From assembly GCA_024281175.1 (NCBI GenBank), contig JAMJTW010000031.1, positions 20,100 to 84,099 of the forward strand: 64,000 nt of DNA, written 5' to 3'. The notes under the pieces are model-generated. The model saw nothing but the letters and a program-made list of their open reading frames with translations. It made no database searches and was not told the origin of the DNA. Position numbers and translations under genes: made by a program. Of this stretch, positions 27,304 to 35,762 are shown in pieces (position 1 is the first letter of the stretch; each line of letters begins with the position of its first letter). This DNA comes from Candidatus Thiovulum imperiosus (GTDB lineage: Bacteria > Campylobacterota > Campylobacteria > Campylobacterales > Thiovulaceae).

Positions 27304-28482
27304 ATGAGAGTAATTGTAATAGGTGGTGGTTATGGAGGTATTAGAGCAGTTCAGGCTCTAGTAAAAAATAGGGATTTGGAGATAGTTGTAATTGACAAAA
27401 ATGGATATCACTATCTTCAAACTGATGTCTATTCTTATATTGCAAATGAAACAAATATTAGTGATATCACTATCGATTTAGGTGCTTTATTTCGAGGACT
27501 TAGAGAAGATATTCAATATATCAATGAAACAGTTTTGGAAGTTGATGAGAATAGAAATGAAGTTATTACACACAACTCTCGTTTTACTTATGATTATCTT
27601 ATAATCGCCACAGGTTCTGTTACAAATATGCCTGTAAAAGTTGAAGGCATACATAGATACTCTTATGGAGTTAAGAGTTTACATCATGCTCTACTTTTTA
27701 AGCAGAAATTTGAAGCAAGTATCTTTGAGTATATAAAATATGGTGGTTGTGCAAAATTTAATATTATAATTGGTGGTGGCGGTCTTGCTGGAATAGAAGT
27801 TGCAGCGGAGATGGCTTACATAAAAGATATCTACCTTACAACAATTGGTAGTGGTTGTAAAGGAGTTTCTATCTATCTTGTAGATGGTAGTGGAATTTTA
27901 AAAGGTCAAGACCCTTATGTTATAGAGAAGAGTACAAAAAGACTTGAAAAACTTGGAGTTAAACTTAAGATAGGAAATAGAATTTCTAAAATAGATAAAG
28001 ATTTTGTCTATTTTGGTGATTATGACTATATCAGATACAACTTTCTAATTTTTACAGGTGGTGTTTTAGGAAATAGTATCGGTCTTCAAAAAGAGGTTTC
28101 AACAAACAAGATAGGACAGTATATTGCTGATGAATATTTTAAAATTCATAAAAATATTTTTGCTGTTGGAGATGTTGTTGAAGTTTTAGATGAGAAAGGA
28201 AATTATGTTGCTCCAACTGCTCAGAGTGCTGAACAGATGGGAACAGGAATTGCAAAAAATATTTTAAGAGATATTGCTGGAAAAGGAATGAAAAAGATAT
28301 CTCCAAAAAATAGAGGTTTCTTAGTCGCTTTAGGTGGAAAATACGCTTCGGCAAATCTTATGAATTTAGTTCGATTTTCTGGATATAAAGCCTACTTTTT
28401 CAAACTGCTTGTAACAGAAGGGTATAAACTACCTTTAAAATATTTCACTGCCAAAGGAAGAAAAATTGCCGAAAACTGGTAA
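27304..28482 (+). CDS. NAD(P)/FAD-dependent oxidoreductase, type II NADH dehydrogenase-like
   Basis: Two dinucleotide motifs (VIGGGYGG and IIGGGGLAGIE) and a C-terminal GDV motif (FAVGDVVE). Confidence 0.8.
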   Translation: MRVIVIGGGYGGIRAVQALVKNRDLEIVVIDKNGYHYLQTDVYSYIANETNISDITIDLGALFRGLREDIQYINETVLEVDENRNEVITHNSRFTYDYLIIATGSVTNMPVKVEGIHRYSYGVKSLHHALLFKQKFEASIFEYIKYGGCAKFNIIIGGGGLAGIEVAAEMAYIKDIYLTTIGSGCKGVSIYLVDGSGILKGQDPYVIEKSTKRLEKLGVKLKIGNRISKIDKDFVYFGDYDYIRYNFLIFTGGVLGNSIGLQKEVSTNKIGQYIADEYFKIHKNIFAVGDVVEVLDEKGNYVAPTAQSAEQMGTGIAKNILRDIAGKGMKKISPKNRGFLVALGGKYASANLMNLVRFSGYKAYFFKLLVTEGYKLPLKYFTAKGRKIAENW

Positions 28483-29764
28483 AGTTTATATAGAGACTTT
28501 TGGTTGTGCTATGAACCATAAAGACTCTGAAAATATGTTGAGGGAACTCCAAGAAGAGAATTTCTCTCAAACCTCATCACCAGAAGATGCTGACTTGCTT
28601 CTTATAAATACCTGCTCTGTTCGAGAGAAACCTGTTCATAAACTATTTTCAGAACTGGGACATCTTAATAGAATTAGAAAAGAGAGTTCTAAAATTGGAG
28701 TGACAGGTTGTACAGCTTCACACTTAGGAGATGAAATTCTCAAAAAAGCTCCTTATGTAAATTTTGTTTTGGGAGCTAGAAATACATCTAAAATTAGAGA
28801 AGTTCTATATAGAGATGGTGCTGTTGAAATCGATATAACTCACGATGACTCCCTACACTCTTTTGGTGAAACTCCAATTTCTAAATTTCAGAAATCGATA
28901 AATATCTCTATCGGTTGCGATAAAAAATGTACATTCTGTATTGTTCCTCAAACAAGAGGTACTGAGATATCAATTCCGTTAGACCTAATTCTTTCAGAAG
29001 TTCGAAAGGGTGTAGAAGCAGGTGCAAAAGAGTTTCTTCTTTTGGGACAAAATGTAAATAGTTATGGTCGTCGATTTTCTCTGAAACACCAAAAAATAGA
29101 TTTTACAAAACTTTTGAGAGAGATTTCTAAAGTAGATGGTCTTGAGAGAATTCGTTTTCAATCTCCCCACCCTTTGCATATGGATAATAGATTTATAGAG
29201 GAGTTTGCAACAAATTCTAAAATTGCAAAATCTATTCATATGCCTCTTCAGAGTGGTTCAAGTAGAATACTTTCTAAAATGAAGAGAGGATATACCAAAG
29301 AGTGGTTTTTAGATAGAGCTGAAAGAGTTAGAAAGGCTGTACCAAATGTAGCTATCTCAACAGATGTAATTGTTGGATTTCCAGATGAGAATGAGGAAGA
29401 TTTTAGAGATACAATGGAAGTTTTAGAAGCAGTCCGCTTTGAGCAGATGTTCTCTTTTAAATACTCTCCAAGACCTTTGACTGAAGCTGAAAACTTTCCA
29501 AATCAAATTGCTGATGAGGTTGCTGGAAAAAGATTACAAACTTTGCAAAAACGACACTTGGAAATTTTAAACTCTCTTGCTGAAGATAGAGTTGGAAAAG
29601 AGTACTCTGTTCTCTTTACAGATTTTGAAGAGGGTTGTCTTCTTGGTAGAACTTCTGAAGGGTATTTAGTAAAATCTCTTGGCACAGAAGAGAGTGTAGG
29701 GAAAATCAAAAATATAAAAACTACTTCATCTTTTAGAACTTATATGAAAGCTACTATTCTCTGA
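28466..29764 (+). CDS. miaB: tRNA (N6-isopentenyladenosine-37) methylthiotransferase
   Basis: N-terminal Cys triad (FGCAMN, NTCSVRE, TGC), radical-SAM CDKKCTFC, and a C-terminal TRAM region. TTG start overlaps the previous gene. Confidence 0.95.
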   Translation: MPKTGKVYIETFGCAMNHKDSENMLRELQEENFSQTSSPEDADLLLINTCSVREKPVHKLFSELGHLNRIRKESSKIGVTGCTASHLGDEILKKAPYVNFVLGARNTSKIREVLYRDGAVEIDITHDDSLHSFGETPISKFQKSINISIGCDKKCTFCIVPQTRGTEISIPLDLILSEVRKGVEAGAKEFLLLGQNVNSYGRRFSLKHQKIDFTKLLREISKVDGLERIRFQSPHPLHMDNRFIEEFATNSKIAKSIHMPLQSGSSRILSKMKRGYTKEWFLDRAERVRKAVPNVAISTDVIVGFPDENEEDFRDTMEVLEAVRFEQMFSFKYSPRPLTEAENFPNQIADEVAGKRLQTLQKRHLEILNSLAEDRVGKEYSVLFTDFEEGCLLGRTSEGYLVKSLGTEESVGKIKNIKTTSSFRTYMKATIL

Positions 29765-29772
29765 ACATTCAC

Positions 29773-30465
29773 TCAGAGTGGTGTTTCCAATTTCCACTTT
29801 AGTTGGTGGTAAGTTCCACCAAATTCCATTCCAAACTCTTTTCCCGATGAGGTAAGTTTCCAAATTCCATCCTGCTTTTCTTGGAAGCCCTTTCTTTCCA
29901 GAAGCAAGTTCGCTTCTCTTCCTGAAATTCCGTGTAGCTTTCCAAGTTCTGTTGGGAGGAAGTAGGTTTGGGAAAAGTCGAGTTGGAAGAGAGAAGAGAT
30001 ACTTTTTTCACCTAAAAGCTTTTGGAGAAGTAGTAAGTGAAAAGGTTTTGTCTCTTCGAGAAATTCCACGAGCTTTTTAGCTTCTTCATTTTGGGAAAGG
30101 AGTTCTGAAAAGTTTGGAAGTTCTGAAATGGAGTAACTTCCTGTTTTTCTGATAGAGGGTAATACCTCTTCCATAATCCACTCTTCAATTTTTTCCGCTT
30201 CTGGCATTTCAGATTTTATAATAAGTCGCCAAACATCAGGTTCTAAAATTAACTTTGTTTGTGGATGTAATTTAAAGGTCACTGTATTAGTGACCTTATC
30301 AAATTCTTGCCATTCTACGGGTTTTTTGCAATGAACTTTTATCGCATTTGCAGTTTTTTTATACTCTAAAAGCTCTGCTACATCTTTTGCAACAAACCAA
30401 TCTTTGCCATCTATTAACAGAATTCTGACTTGAAAACTGTTAAAATTTTTAGTTATTAGGTTCAT
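29773..30465 (-). CDS. BRO-N / KilAC-type phage antirepressor-like protein
   Basis: DWFVAKDVAELLEY and WIMEEVLPSIRKTG (BRO-N). The C-terminal LPTELGKLHGISGREANLLLERKGF...WKLTSSG resembles KilAC. Confidence 0.75.
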   Translation of the reverse strand: MNLITKNFNSFQVRILLIDGKDWFVAKDVAELLEYKKTANAIKVHCKKPVEWQEFDKVTNTVTFKLHPQTKLILEPDVWRLIIKSEMPEAEKIEEWIMEEVLPSIRKTGSYSISELPNFSELLSQNEEAKKLVEFLEETKPFHLLLLQKLLGEKSISSLFQLDFSQTYFLPTELGKLHGISGREANLLLERKGFQEKQDGIWKLTSSGKEFGMEFGGTYHQLKWKLETPL

Positions 30466-30576
30466 GATTTATACTTTAAAATTTTATTTACAATGTCATT
30501 TTACTTTTAGAGTATTAAATTAAACTTAAATGAGCTTGTAAAGATTGCCTTTAGATATTAAAAGGAGATTAAAATA

Positions 30577-30759
30577 ATGTCAGAAAAATATTCAACAACT
30601 TTTTACACAACTAAAGATATGAAGAGAGAGGCACTAAAAGTTGCTAAGAAAAAAGGAATAAATACTTTAAATGGTCTTTTGAATTTTCTAATTGCCGATT
30701 TTATAGAAAAAAATAGAGAGCTTTTAAATAGAGAAGAGTCTCACAGAAACAGACTCTAA
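30577..30759 (+). CDS. Small basic protein, possibly ribbon-helix-helix-like
   Basis: 60-aa ORF with a GGAG RBS, divergent from the BRO/KilAC gene. Its last 8 codons lie inside a GAGTC-hairpin module at 30735-30757. Confidence 0.4.
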   Translation: MSEKYSTTFYTTKDMKREALKVAKKKGINTLNGLLNFLIADFIEKNRELLNREESHRNRL

Positions 30760-31054
30760 ACGAATATGAAGAGTGTTTTTAAGATTTCTCACATTCGTTC
30801 GAAATGACAAAAGGGGGAAAACCCACTCTGAACGAATGTGAAGAGTCCAAAAGAAAGACTCTTCTTTCGTAAAACTTCCTTAGAGTGGAGAAACATGTCA
30901 TTTCGAACCCTTTAGGGTGAGAAATCCTTTTCAAGTTTTTAAGATTTCTCACATTCGTTCGAAATGACAAAAACGGGCGGAAAGAGAGAAAGACCAGCCC
31001 CAAAAGGGGGCTGGAGTTAGTTGAAGATTTCTCGTATTCGCTCGAAATGACAAG
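30760..31054. repeat. Cluster of four GTCATTTCGA/GAGAAATC repeat units with a 38-bp perfect duplication
   Basis: GTTTTTAAGATTTCTCACATTCGTTCGAAATGACAAAA occurs at 30775-30812 and 30935-30972. GAGTC hairpin at 30840-30864. Related units at 30896-30926 and 31023-31054. Confidence 0.7.
30994..31014 (-). terminator. GC-rich hairpin downstream of the caspase-like gene
   Basis: CCAGCCCC-AAAAG-GGGGCTGG, followed on the minus strand by a T-rich tract (TCTTTCTCTCTTTCC...GTTTTTG). Confidence 0.5.
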
Positions 31055-31070
31055 ATAAAATTGTTAAAAA

Positions 31071-32366
31071 TCATAAATCTTGAACACAGACGGCGAAAGT
31101 GCTATTAGTCTGGTTATCCCAACCGCCATCACCGTACTCGAAACTGACAATCCATGAACTAGAAATATCTTTATAGTATTTTTTTGAAGTCCATGTCCAA
31201 GTTGGAACAAAATGTGAAATTTCACTTTCAACAAATTTATCATTGTGTCTCTTATGCTTACTTGCATCAAACCATTGACTCCATTTTTCATAAGTTTCCC
31301 ACTCATGAAAATAAGTCATCAAACTCTTTGCTTCATCTCGGCTTGGAAGTCTCCAATTTGAATATCCAGAAAGATTTAAGTTTTCACAATACCTCATCGC
31401 CTCTTGCCAAGTGTAATATTCTCTGTTCTTCTTTTGCCACATTAAATCTGTTTTCTTATCAACAAAAAAATCTCTGTAAATCTCATAACGGTATATTTCC
31501 CAATACCCAAAGTATCCCAAAACCAAAAGAAGAGAAGCAATAAGATTGAAAAGAATTTGCTTTTTTGGAGACCTATTGACTTCGCTCTCATTTCTACTCT
31601 GAGAAAGCGTAGCGACCGAAGAGTCTCTTTTAGGTTCTTCGCTCTGCTCAGAAACGGTTTCCCCTTTTCCATTCAGATAGAAATCGTCATAAAGTTTCTG
31701 ATGAACCCAAGGAACTTGAAAATTATTTGTCTCTTCAATTACACCTTTTACGGTCTTTTTCAAGACATCATCAATTTTCGCACCTTTTGAAGATATATGC
31801 TTTAGAAGATTTTTTGTAAAAACTCCATTTCGCTCTTTTGGATTATCAAGAGCTATCTGGTCTGGACCAGTTGCAAAAGAGATGATAGATTGGTGGGTAA
31901 AACTCATATTTGGATTTGCCAAACCTCGATGAATATTTGCACTTCTACCGCCTCTACTTTTGATATTCTTCTCAAATGGATTATCTCGACTAGAGTCCAG
32001 AAAGAAGAGGTTCAATTTCGCCTTACTATCCTCCATTCGGTTCTGAATAAAATCGAGTGAAATTGCTGAGTCTGGAATTTCATCTTCCGAAAGAATTTCA
32101 GCATCGACTGGAACAAGAAAGTTCCTACCGAGATATTGCATTCCGTGTCCAGCATAAAAGAAGAGAGAAATCTCAACTCCTACGGAATTTTGCCCAAACT
32201 CTCGAACCAGCCTCTTAAACTCTTTCTGCTCTAAGTCTTCGCCATAAAAAACCGTGAAATCTAAACTTTCTAAAGCCTCTTTCATATCTCTACTATCGTT
32301 TATCGGTTTTTTAAGCTTTGCTATATTTTCATACTCTCCGTTTCCGATTACAAGAGCTGTTTTCAT
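31071..32366 (-). CDS. Caspase-like (peptidase C14) domain, TM helix and DUF1566 (Lcl C-terminal-like) domain protein; Ser at the catalytic Cys position
   Basis: ALVIGNGEY, FFYAGHG (His74) and FFLDSSRDNPF (Ser126 where DxCR is expected). TM helix ILFNLIASLLLVLGYFGYW. C-terminal DLMWQ...YTWQEAMRYC...WRLPSRDEAKSL. Confidence 0.85.
   Translation of the reverse strand: MKTALVIGNGEYENIAKLKKPINDSRDMKEALESLDFTVFYGEDLEQKEFKRLVREFGQNSVGVEISLFFYAGHGMQYLGRNFLVPVDAEILSEDEIPDSAISLDFIQNRMEDSKAKLNLFFLDSSRDNPFEKNIKSRGGRSANIHRGLANPNMSFTHQSIISFATGPDQIALDNPKERNGVFTKNLLKHISSKGAKIDDVLKKTVKGVIEETNNFQVPWVHQKLYDDFYLNGKGETVSEQSEEPKRDSSVATLSQSRNESEVNRSPKKQILFNLIASLLLVLGYFGYWEIYRYEIYRDFFVDKKTDLMWQKKNREYYTWQEAMRYCENLNLSGYSNWRLPSRDEAKSLMTYFHEWETYEKWSQWFDASKHKRHNDKFVESEISHFVPTWTWTSKKYYKDISSSWIVSFEYGDGGWDNQTNSTFAVCVQDL
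31597..31655. repeat. Repeat-family fragment embedded in frame in the caspase-like gene linker
   Basis: CTCTGAGAAAGCGTAGCGACCGAAGAGTCTCTTTTAGG...TGCTCAGA. The 18 nt GTAGCGACCGAAGAGTCT match the reverse complement of 10259-10276 exactly. Confidence 0.6.
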
Positions 32367-34462
32367 TCTAAAATCACTCTGACATCTACAACTTGAATTC
32401 CATTTTCATAGGCAAAAACAGGGTTCAATTCAATATCTGAAATTCCTATTCTACTCTCTACAACTTCACCCAATTTCAAAACTGTATCTATTAAAGTTTC
32501 AATATCTCTAGGTTTCTCTCCACGAACTCCCGAAAGAATTTTGTGAAGATGGCTAGATTTGAACATTCGGATAGTCTCCTCTTTTGAGAGTGGAAAAGAG
32601 CGGAATGAGACATCATTGAAAACTTCAACCATTGTTCCGCCAACTCCAGCCATAATGGTTGTTCCAAATTGTGGGTCTCTTCTTGCTCCTAAAATCACTT
32701 CAGTTGAAGGAGTTGCTGTTTCAGAAATTTCAATTCCAGAAACTTCAGCACTGGAATCAAACTCTTTCGCATTTTCTAAAATTTTTTCAAACTTTTCAGA
32801 AACCTCATCAGCACATTTAACACCTAGAAATACACCTCCAGCATCGCTTTTATGGAGAATATCTTTTGATACAACTTTCATAACAACTGGAAAGCCTATC
32901 TCTTCAGAAAATGCCACCCCACTCTCTGGAGTTTCTGCTACAAAACTTTTTGGATTTGAGATTTCCAAAAGGTCTAAAACCTCTTTTCCCTCATTTTGAA
33001 GTAGTGAAAATCGTCCCTCACTTTTTGCAACTTTTACAATTTCAGAAATCTTTTCGGTAGGTATCTCTTTTCGAATTACTTCCTCTCTACTTCTCAAGAT
33101 ATTTCTATAAAATCTAAACATCGCACCAAGAGAAGAGACCGCCTCATTTATCTCTTCAAAGATAGGAATTCCCCGTTTTCTCATATTTAAAACTCTCTCT
33201 TCCATCTCTTTCCCACCAACAAATGAGAAGACAACAGGTTTTGGAAATCCTCTTTTAAACTCTTCAGAAATCATCTCTTCTATCTCTTCGGCACTAAATA
33301 CTGCTACTTCTGTTCCAAGAACGATGATTGCATCAACTTTGGGGTCTTCAAAGGCGAGTCTTAAAGTTTTCTGATACGCCTCTCTATCAGCACCACCTGT
33401 AATATCAATTGGGTTTTTGAAAGAGCCACACTCCGAAGCCACTGCACCAACATCACCATATCGACCACTGAAATCATCATCGAGAAGTTCAACATCCCAC
33501 TTTTCAGCCGAGTCAGTCGCCAAAGCACCTAAACCTCCACCATTTGTAATGATAAGAGTTTTCAGACCTTGTGGCATTGGAGAATTGGAAAGGAATTGAC
33601 TCCAGTGAACTCCTCTTCCCATTGTGAAAACTCGAAGAACTCCACTCTGTTTCATAATTTCGTTAAAGAGTTTGTCAGAACCTGCTAAAGCTCCAGTATG
33701 AGAAGCTACGGCTAAAGCACCTCTTTTTGAAGTTCCAGATTTAAGAACAATAATGGGTTTCTTTCTTGCAACTCTTTTAAAACTCTCTAAAACTCTTTCA
33801 CCACCCTTAATTCCCTCGATATAGAGAAGAATAGTTTTTGTGTATGGGTCATTTTCTAAGTAGTCCAAAATATCAGCTTCATTTAAATCAGCTTTATTTC
33901 CAAGAGAGACAATTGCAGAAAGACCGATATTTTCAACTTCTGTCTTTCCAATCATTGCTACTCCAATCGCACCGCTTTGAGTAATTACAGCAACACTACC
34001 TTTTTGAACTGCTTTTGAACCAAAAGTAGCATTTAGCGATGAGGTTCTGGAGTAGATACCAAACATATTTGGACCAAGAAAACGGAGATTTCCAGCTTTT
34101 GCAACAGCAACTATCTGTTCTTCCTCTTCGATATTTCCAATTTCTCGAAATCCAGAAGTGATGATTTCAGCAAATTTTACTCTTTTCTGAACAAGTTCTC
34201 GAACAACAGAAAGGACAAGCGAGTGAGGAACAACTACAACTGCAAAATCTATTTCAGACTCTATCTCCAAAACAGATTTTGAAACAGATAAGCCTAGAAT
34301 TTCTCCACCCTTTGGAGAGATTGGATAGATTTCTCCCTTGTATCCGCAAGAAATTACATTTTGTAAAATTTTATATCCAAGTTTTTTCTCATTTGAAGAA
34401 GCACCAATAACAGCAACAGATTGTGGTTGAAAAAGTTGTTTCATACTTTCCCTTTTTGTCAT
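32363..34462 (-). CDS. ADP-forming acetyl-CoA synthetase family protein (fused CoA-binding, ligase-CoA and ATP-grasp domains)
   Basis: N-terminal PQSVAVIGASSNEKKLGY CoA-binding motif, SCS-like central domains, and a C-terminal ATP-grasp region. Overlaps the downstream gene by 4 nt. Confidence 0.85.
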   Translation of the reverse strand: MTKRESMKQLFQPQSVAVIGASSNEKKLGYKILQNVISCGYKGEIYPISPKGGEILGLSVSKSVLEIESEIDFAVVVVPHSLVLSVVRELVQKRVKFAEIITSGFREIGNIEEEEQIVAVAKAGNLRFLGPNMFGIYSRTSSLNATFGSKAVQKGSVAVITQSGAIGVAMIGKTEVENIGLSAIVSLGNKADLNEADILDYLENDPYTKTILLYIEGIKGGERVLESFKRVARKKPIIVLKSGTSKRGALAVASHTGALAGSDKLFNEIMKQSGVLRVFTMGRGVHWSQFLSNSPMPQGLKTLIITNGGGLGALATDSAEKWDVELLDDDFSGRYGDVGAVASECGSFKNPIDITGGADREAYQKTLRLAFEDPKVDAIIVLGTEVAVFSAEEIEEMISEEFKRGFPKPVVFSFVGGKEMEERVLNMRKRGIPIFEEINEAVSSLGAMFRFYRNILRSREEVIRKEIPTEKISEIVKVAKSEGRFSLLQNEGKEVLDLLEISNPKSFVAETPESGVAFSEEIGFPVVMKVVSKDILHKSDAGGVFLGVKCADEVSEKFEKILENAKEFDSSAEVSGIEISETATPSTEVILGARRDPQFGTTIMAGVGGTMVEVFNDVSFRSFPLSKEETIRMFKSSHLHKILSGVRGEKPRDIETLIDTVLKLGEVVESRIGISDIELNPVFAYENGIQVVDVRVILE

Positions 34463-34476
34463 TAGTTTAACAAAAG

Positions 34477-35544
34477 TTACATCTTTTGAAAAATCTCTTT
34501 CACTTTTTTAAAATCTAGAATTTGTTCAAAATCATCTCCAAGAGCATTAGAAAGAGGTTTTGAGTGAATTACAGTAGAGTTGTAAAGTTTTTGATACACC
34601 TCATCATCTAAATCTTTTGTAATACCTTTTGGAACTTCTATTCCCTGCTTCTCTGCCATTTCAAGAAATTCAAGATACTCTTTTGGATAGAACTCCTCCA
34701 TTGCATTCATTGTTATGCAGTTTCCAATACAGTGGTGAGTTCCCAAAACTACGGAGAGACCAGCCGAAAATGGGTGAACTACTCCAACAAAAGAGTTTGC
34801 AATTGCACAACCTCCAAGATAAGAAGCAACCATCATCTTCTCTCGATTTTCATCACTCATCATATCTTCACTATGAAAAACTTCTCGAACAAGTTCTATC
34901 GCTTGTTGTGAGTATGCATCTCCAATCGCATTTCGATATCTACCATTTAAAGACTCAATGCAGTGAATATAAGTATCCATTCCAGTATAGAAATACTGCT
35001 CTTTCGGTACACTTTTTGTAAGACTTGGGTCTAAGATAAGTTGATCGTAAATTGTAAAGTCGCTGTTCATTCCAAGTTTCAAACCACTTTTTGAGTTTGT
35101 CATAACACAAGTTCTACTCGCTTCAGCACCTGTTCCAGAAACAGTTGGAACTCCAATTTTATAAACTCCTGCCAATTTTACTAAATCCCAACCTTGATAA
35201 TCTTCAGCCTTTCCACCATTTGTAAGTAGATTTGAAACAGCTTTTCCAGTATCAAGAGTTGCACCACCACCAATTGAGACTATGGCATTTGGAATACCTT
35301 TCTGAAGCTCCAAAACTCTATCTCGAAATCTATCTATATCTTCTGTTTTTGGCTCATCTGTTGTATCAACATAAAAAACCTCATCACCATCTTTTAACTC
35401 TATTTCTAAATCTCTATTTTGAAAATAGTGGTCTATAAAATAGAGGATATATCCATTTTCTCTTTTTGCTTCTAGTAGTTTTGGAAGCTCTTTTATTGCA
35501 CCTTTTCCAAATATGTAATTTCCAACATTTTTTGAGTTGTTCAT
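34477..35544 (-). CDS. Iron-containing (group III) alcohol dehydrogenase family protein
   Basis: SIGGGATLDTGKAV nucleotide motif and His-rich metal site (YIHCIESL; VVHPFSAGL..GTHHCIGN). Confidence 0.85.
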   Translation of the reverse strand: MNNSKNVGNYIFGKGAIKELPKLLEAKRENGYILYFIDHYFQNRDLEIELKDGDEVFYVDTTDEPKTEDIDRFRDRVLELQKGIPNAIVSIGGGATLDTGKAVSNLLTNGGKAEDYQGWDLVKLAGVYKIGVPTVSGTGAEASRTCVMTNSKSGLKLGMNSDFTIYDQLILDPSLTKSVPKEQYFYTGMDTYIHCIESLNGRYRNAIGDAYSQQAIELVREVFHSEDMMSDENREKMMVASYLGGCAIANSFVGVVHPFSAGLSVVLGTHHCIGNCITMNAMEEFYPKEYLEFLEMAEKQGIEVPKGITKDLDDEVYQKLYNSTVIHSKPLSNALGDDFEQILDFKKVKEIFQKM

Positions 35545-35602
35545 AATTCTCTTTTTCTCTACAATCGTCCTAATTCTATTTCGTGAAAGAGATAAAACTT
35601 TT

Positions 35603-35761
35603 GGGACTGACCAAATAGAGTATTTTTATGCTTGAATAACTTATATGTCATTTCGAACCCCTTTAGGGTGAGAAATCTTTTACATCACTTCGAGTAAAAC
35701 GATAAGTTCCCAAGATTTCTCAATCGCTACGCTCATATCGAAATGACAAGAGAGGCAGAAA
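35603..35761. mobile_element. MITE-like element flanked by a perfect 28-bp direct duplication
   Basis: It has the left terminal repeat GGGACTGACCAAATAG and both internal box pairs. TCTATTTCGTGAAAGAGATAAAACTTTT occurs at 35575-35602 and 35762-35789. Confidence 0.7.
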
Positions 35762-35762
35762 T

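Noticed and set aside
14171-30465. Whether the two BRO-N genes and the T5orf172 gene mark a prophage
   Set aside because: No integrase, terminase, capsid, tail or lysis genes are present, and housekeeping genes (murA, queA, trxB, urease, miaB) lie between them. They are isolated islets rather than one prophage.
30779-31003. 74-aa ORF on the minus strand
   Set aside because: It is made up entirely of interspersed-repeat units (SFRTNVRNL... is the translation of the GAAATGAC/GAGAAATC boxes). The same peptide-like strings would arise wherever the repeat occurs.
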